A stretch of 64,000 nt of DNA from Diplonema japonicum (taxonomy: Eukaryota; Protista; Euglenozoa: Diplonemea). This document shows, piece by piece, positions 63,716-64,000 of the stretch. Where the stretch lies: NCBI GenBank assembly GCA_964019335.1, contig OZ025676.1:558001-622000 (forward strand). The letters run 5' to 3'. The notes under the pieces were generated by a model that saw nothing but the letters and a program-made list of their open reading frames with translations, was not told the DNA's origin and ran no database searches. The position numbers were made by a program, and so were the translations under genes. Each line of letters begins with the position of its first letter. Position 1 is the first letter of the stretch.

Positions 63716-64000
63716 GTGAGGGAGGGGGCAAGGGAGAAGAAAAGGCACCATTATGCAAGGAAAGAAGGGAGGAGGAGGGCCCACAGAGAGGAACACAAGG
63801 CCACCCTGGAACAGAAGCCAGATGACCCTACTTCACCCTGGGGCTGAAGTGGACCAAGGTGGGAACACCTGGAGCCCAACCCCTGGCACCCAGAATCCCA
63901 GCACCTGGGGCTGCAACCAGCACAAGGAGGCACCACCTTCCTGCATGCAGCAGTGTTGTGGAAGAGGCCAGGGAGCTTGCTTGGCTAGTGGTAGGGGGCA

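Overview
Gene-dense eukaryotic DNA, most likely euglenozoan and probably diplonemid. The evidence is a FYVE-Rheb fusion lacking CaaX, an N-extended eL41, a single-hairpin AGA-box RNA candidate, and kinetoplastid-style organisation combined with many cis-introns. About 36 protein genes from 1 to ~60.1 kb all lie on the minus strand as one directional cluster. I located 31 very short GT-AG introns (30-57 nt, mostly GTATG...CAG, strongly phase-0 biased). Recognisable genes: PSMD5-like, a divergent histone H4, polyubiquitin, NOL8-like RRM, RPS24, a sterol desaturase/FA hydroxylase present as two near-identical copies, FYVE-Rheb, ELMOD, quinone oxidoreductase, CEP104, a catalytically dead TRF4-like protein, a TRPV-like channel, two class I phosphodiesterases (one with an extra dead PDE domain), O-fucosyltransferase-like, POP4, PIG-B, eL41 (missed by the ORF track) and USP7-like. 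Non-coding features: a cluster of seven box C/D snoRNAs in which one paralog has shifted its target by 2 nt, a 28S rRNA GTPase-centre fragment inserted with a microhomology jump and 5-bp duplication, several structured intergenic islands, and a CpG-decayed repeat zone from ~60.2 kb to the end. Strongest leads: the head-coiled coil-(pseudo)PDE modules as a possible cAMP sensor, POP4 plus orphan structured RNAs in a lineage reported to lack RNP RNase P/MRP, the rRNA insertion, and the CpG-deamination footprint. All calls are by eye; no searches were run.
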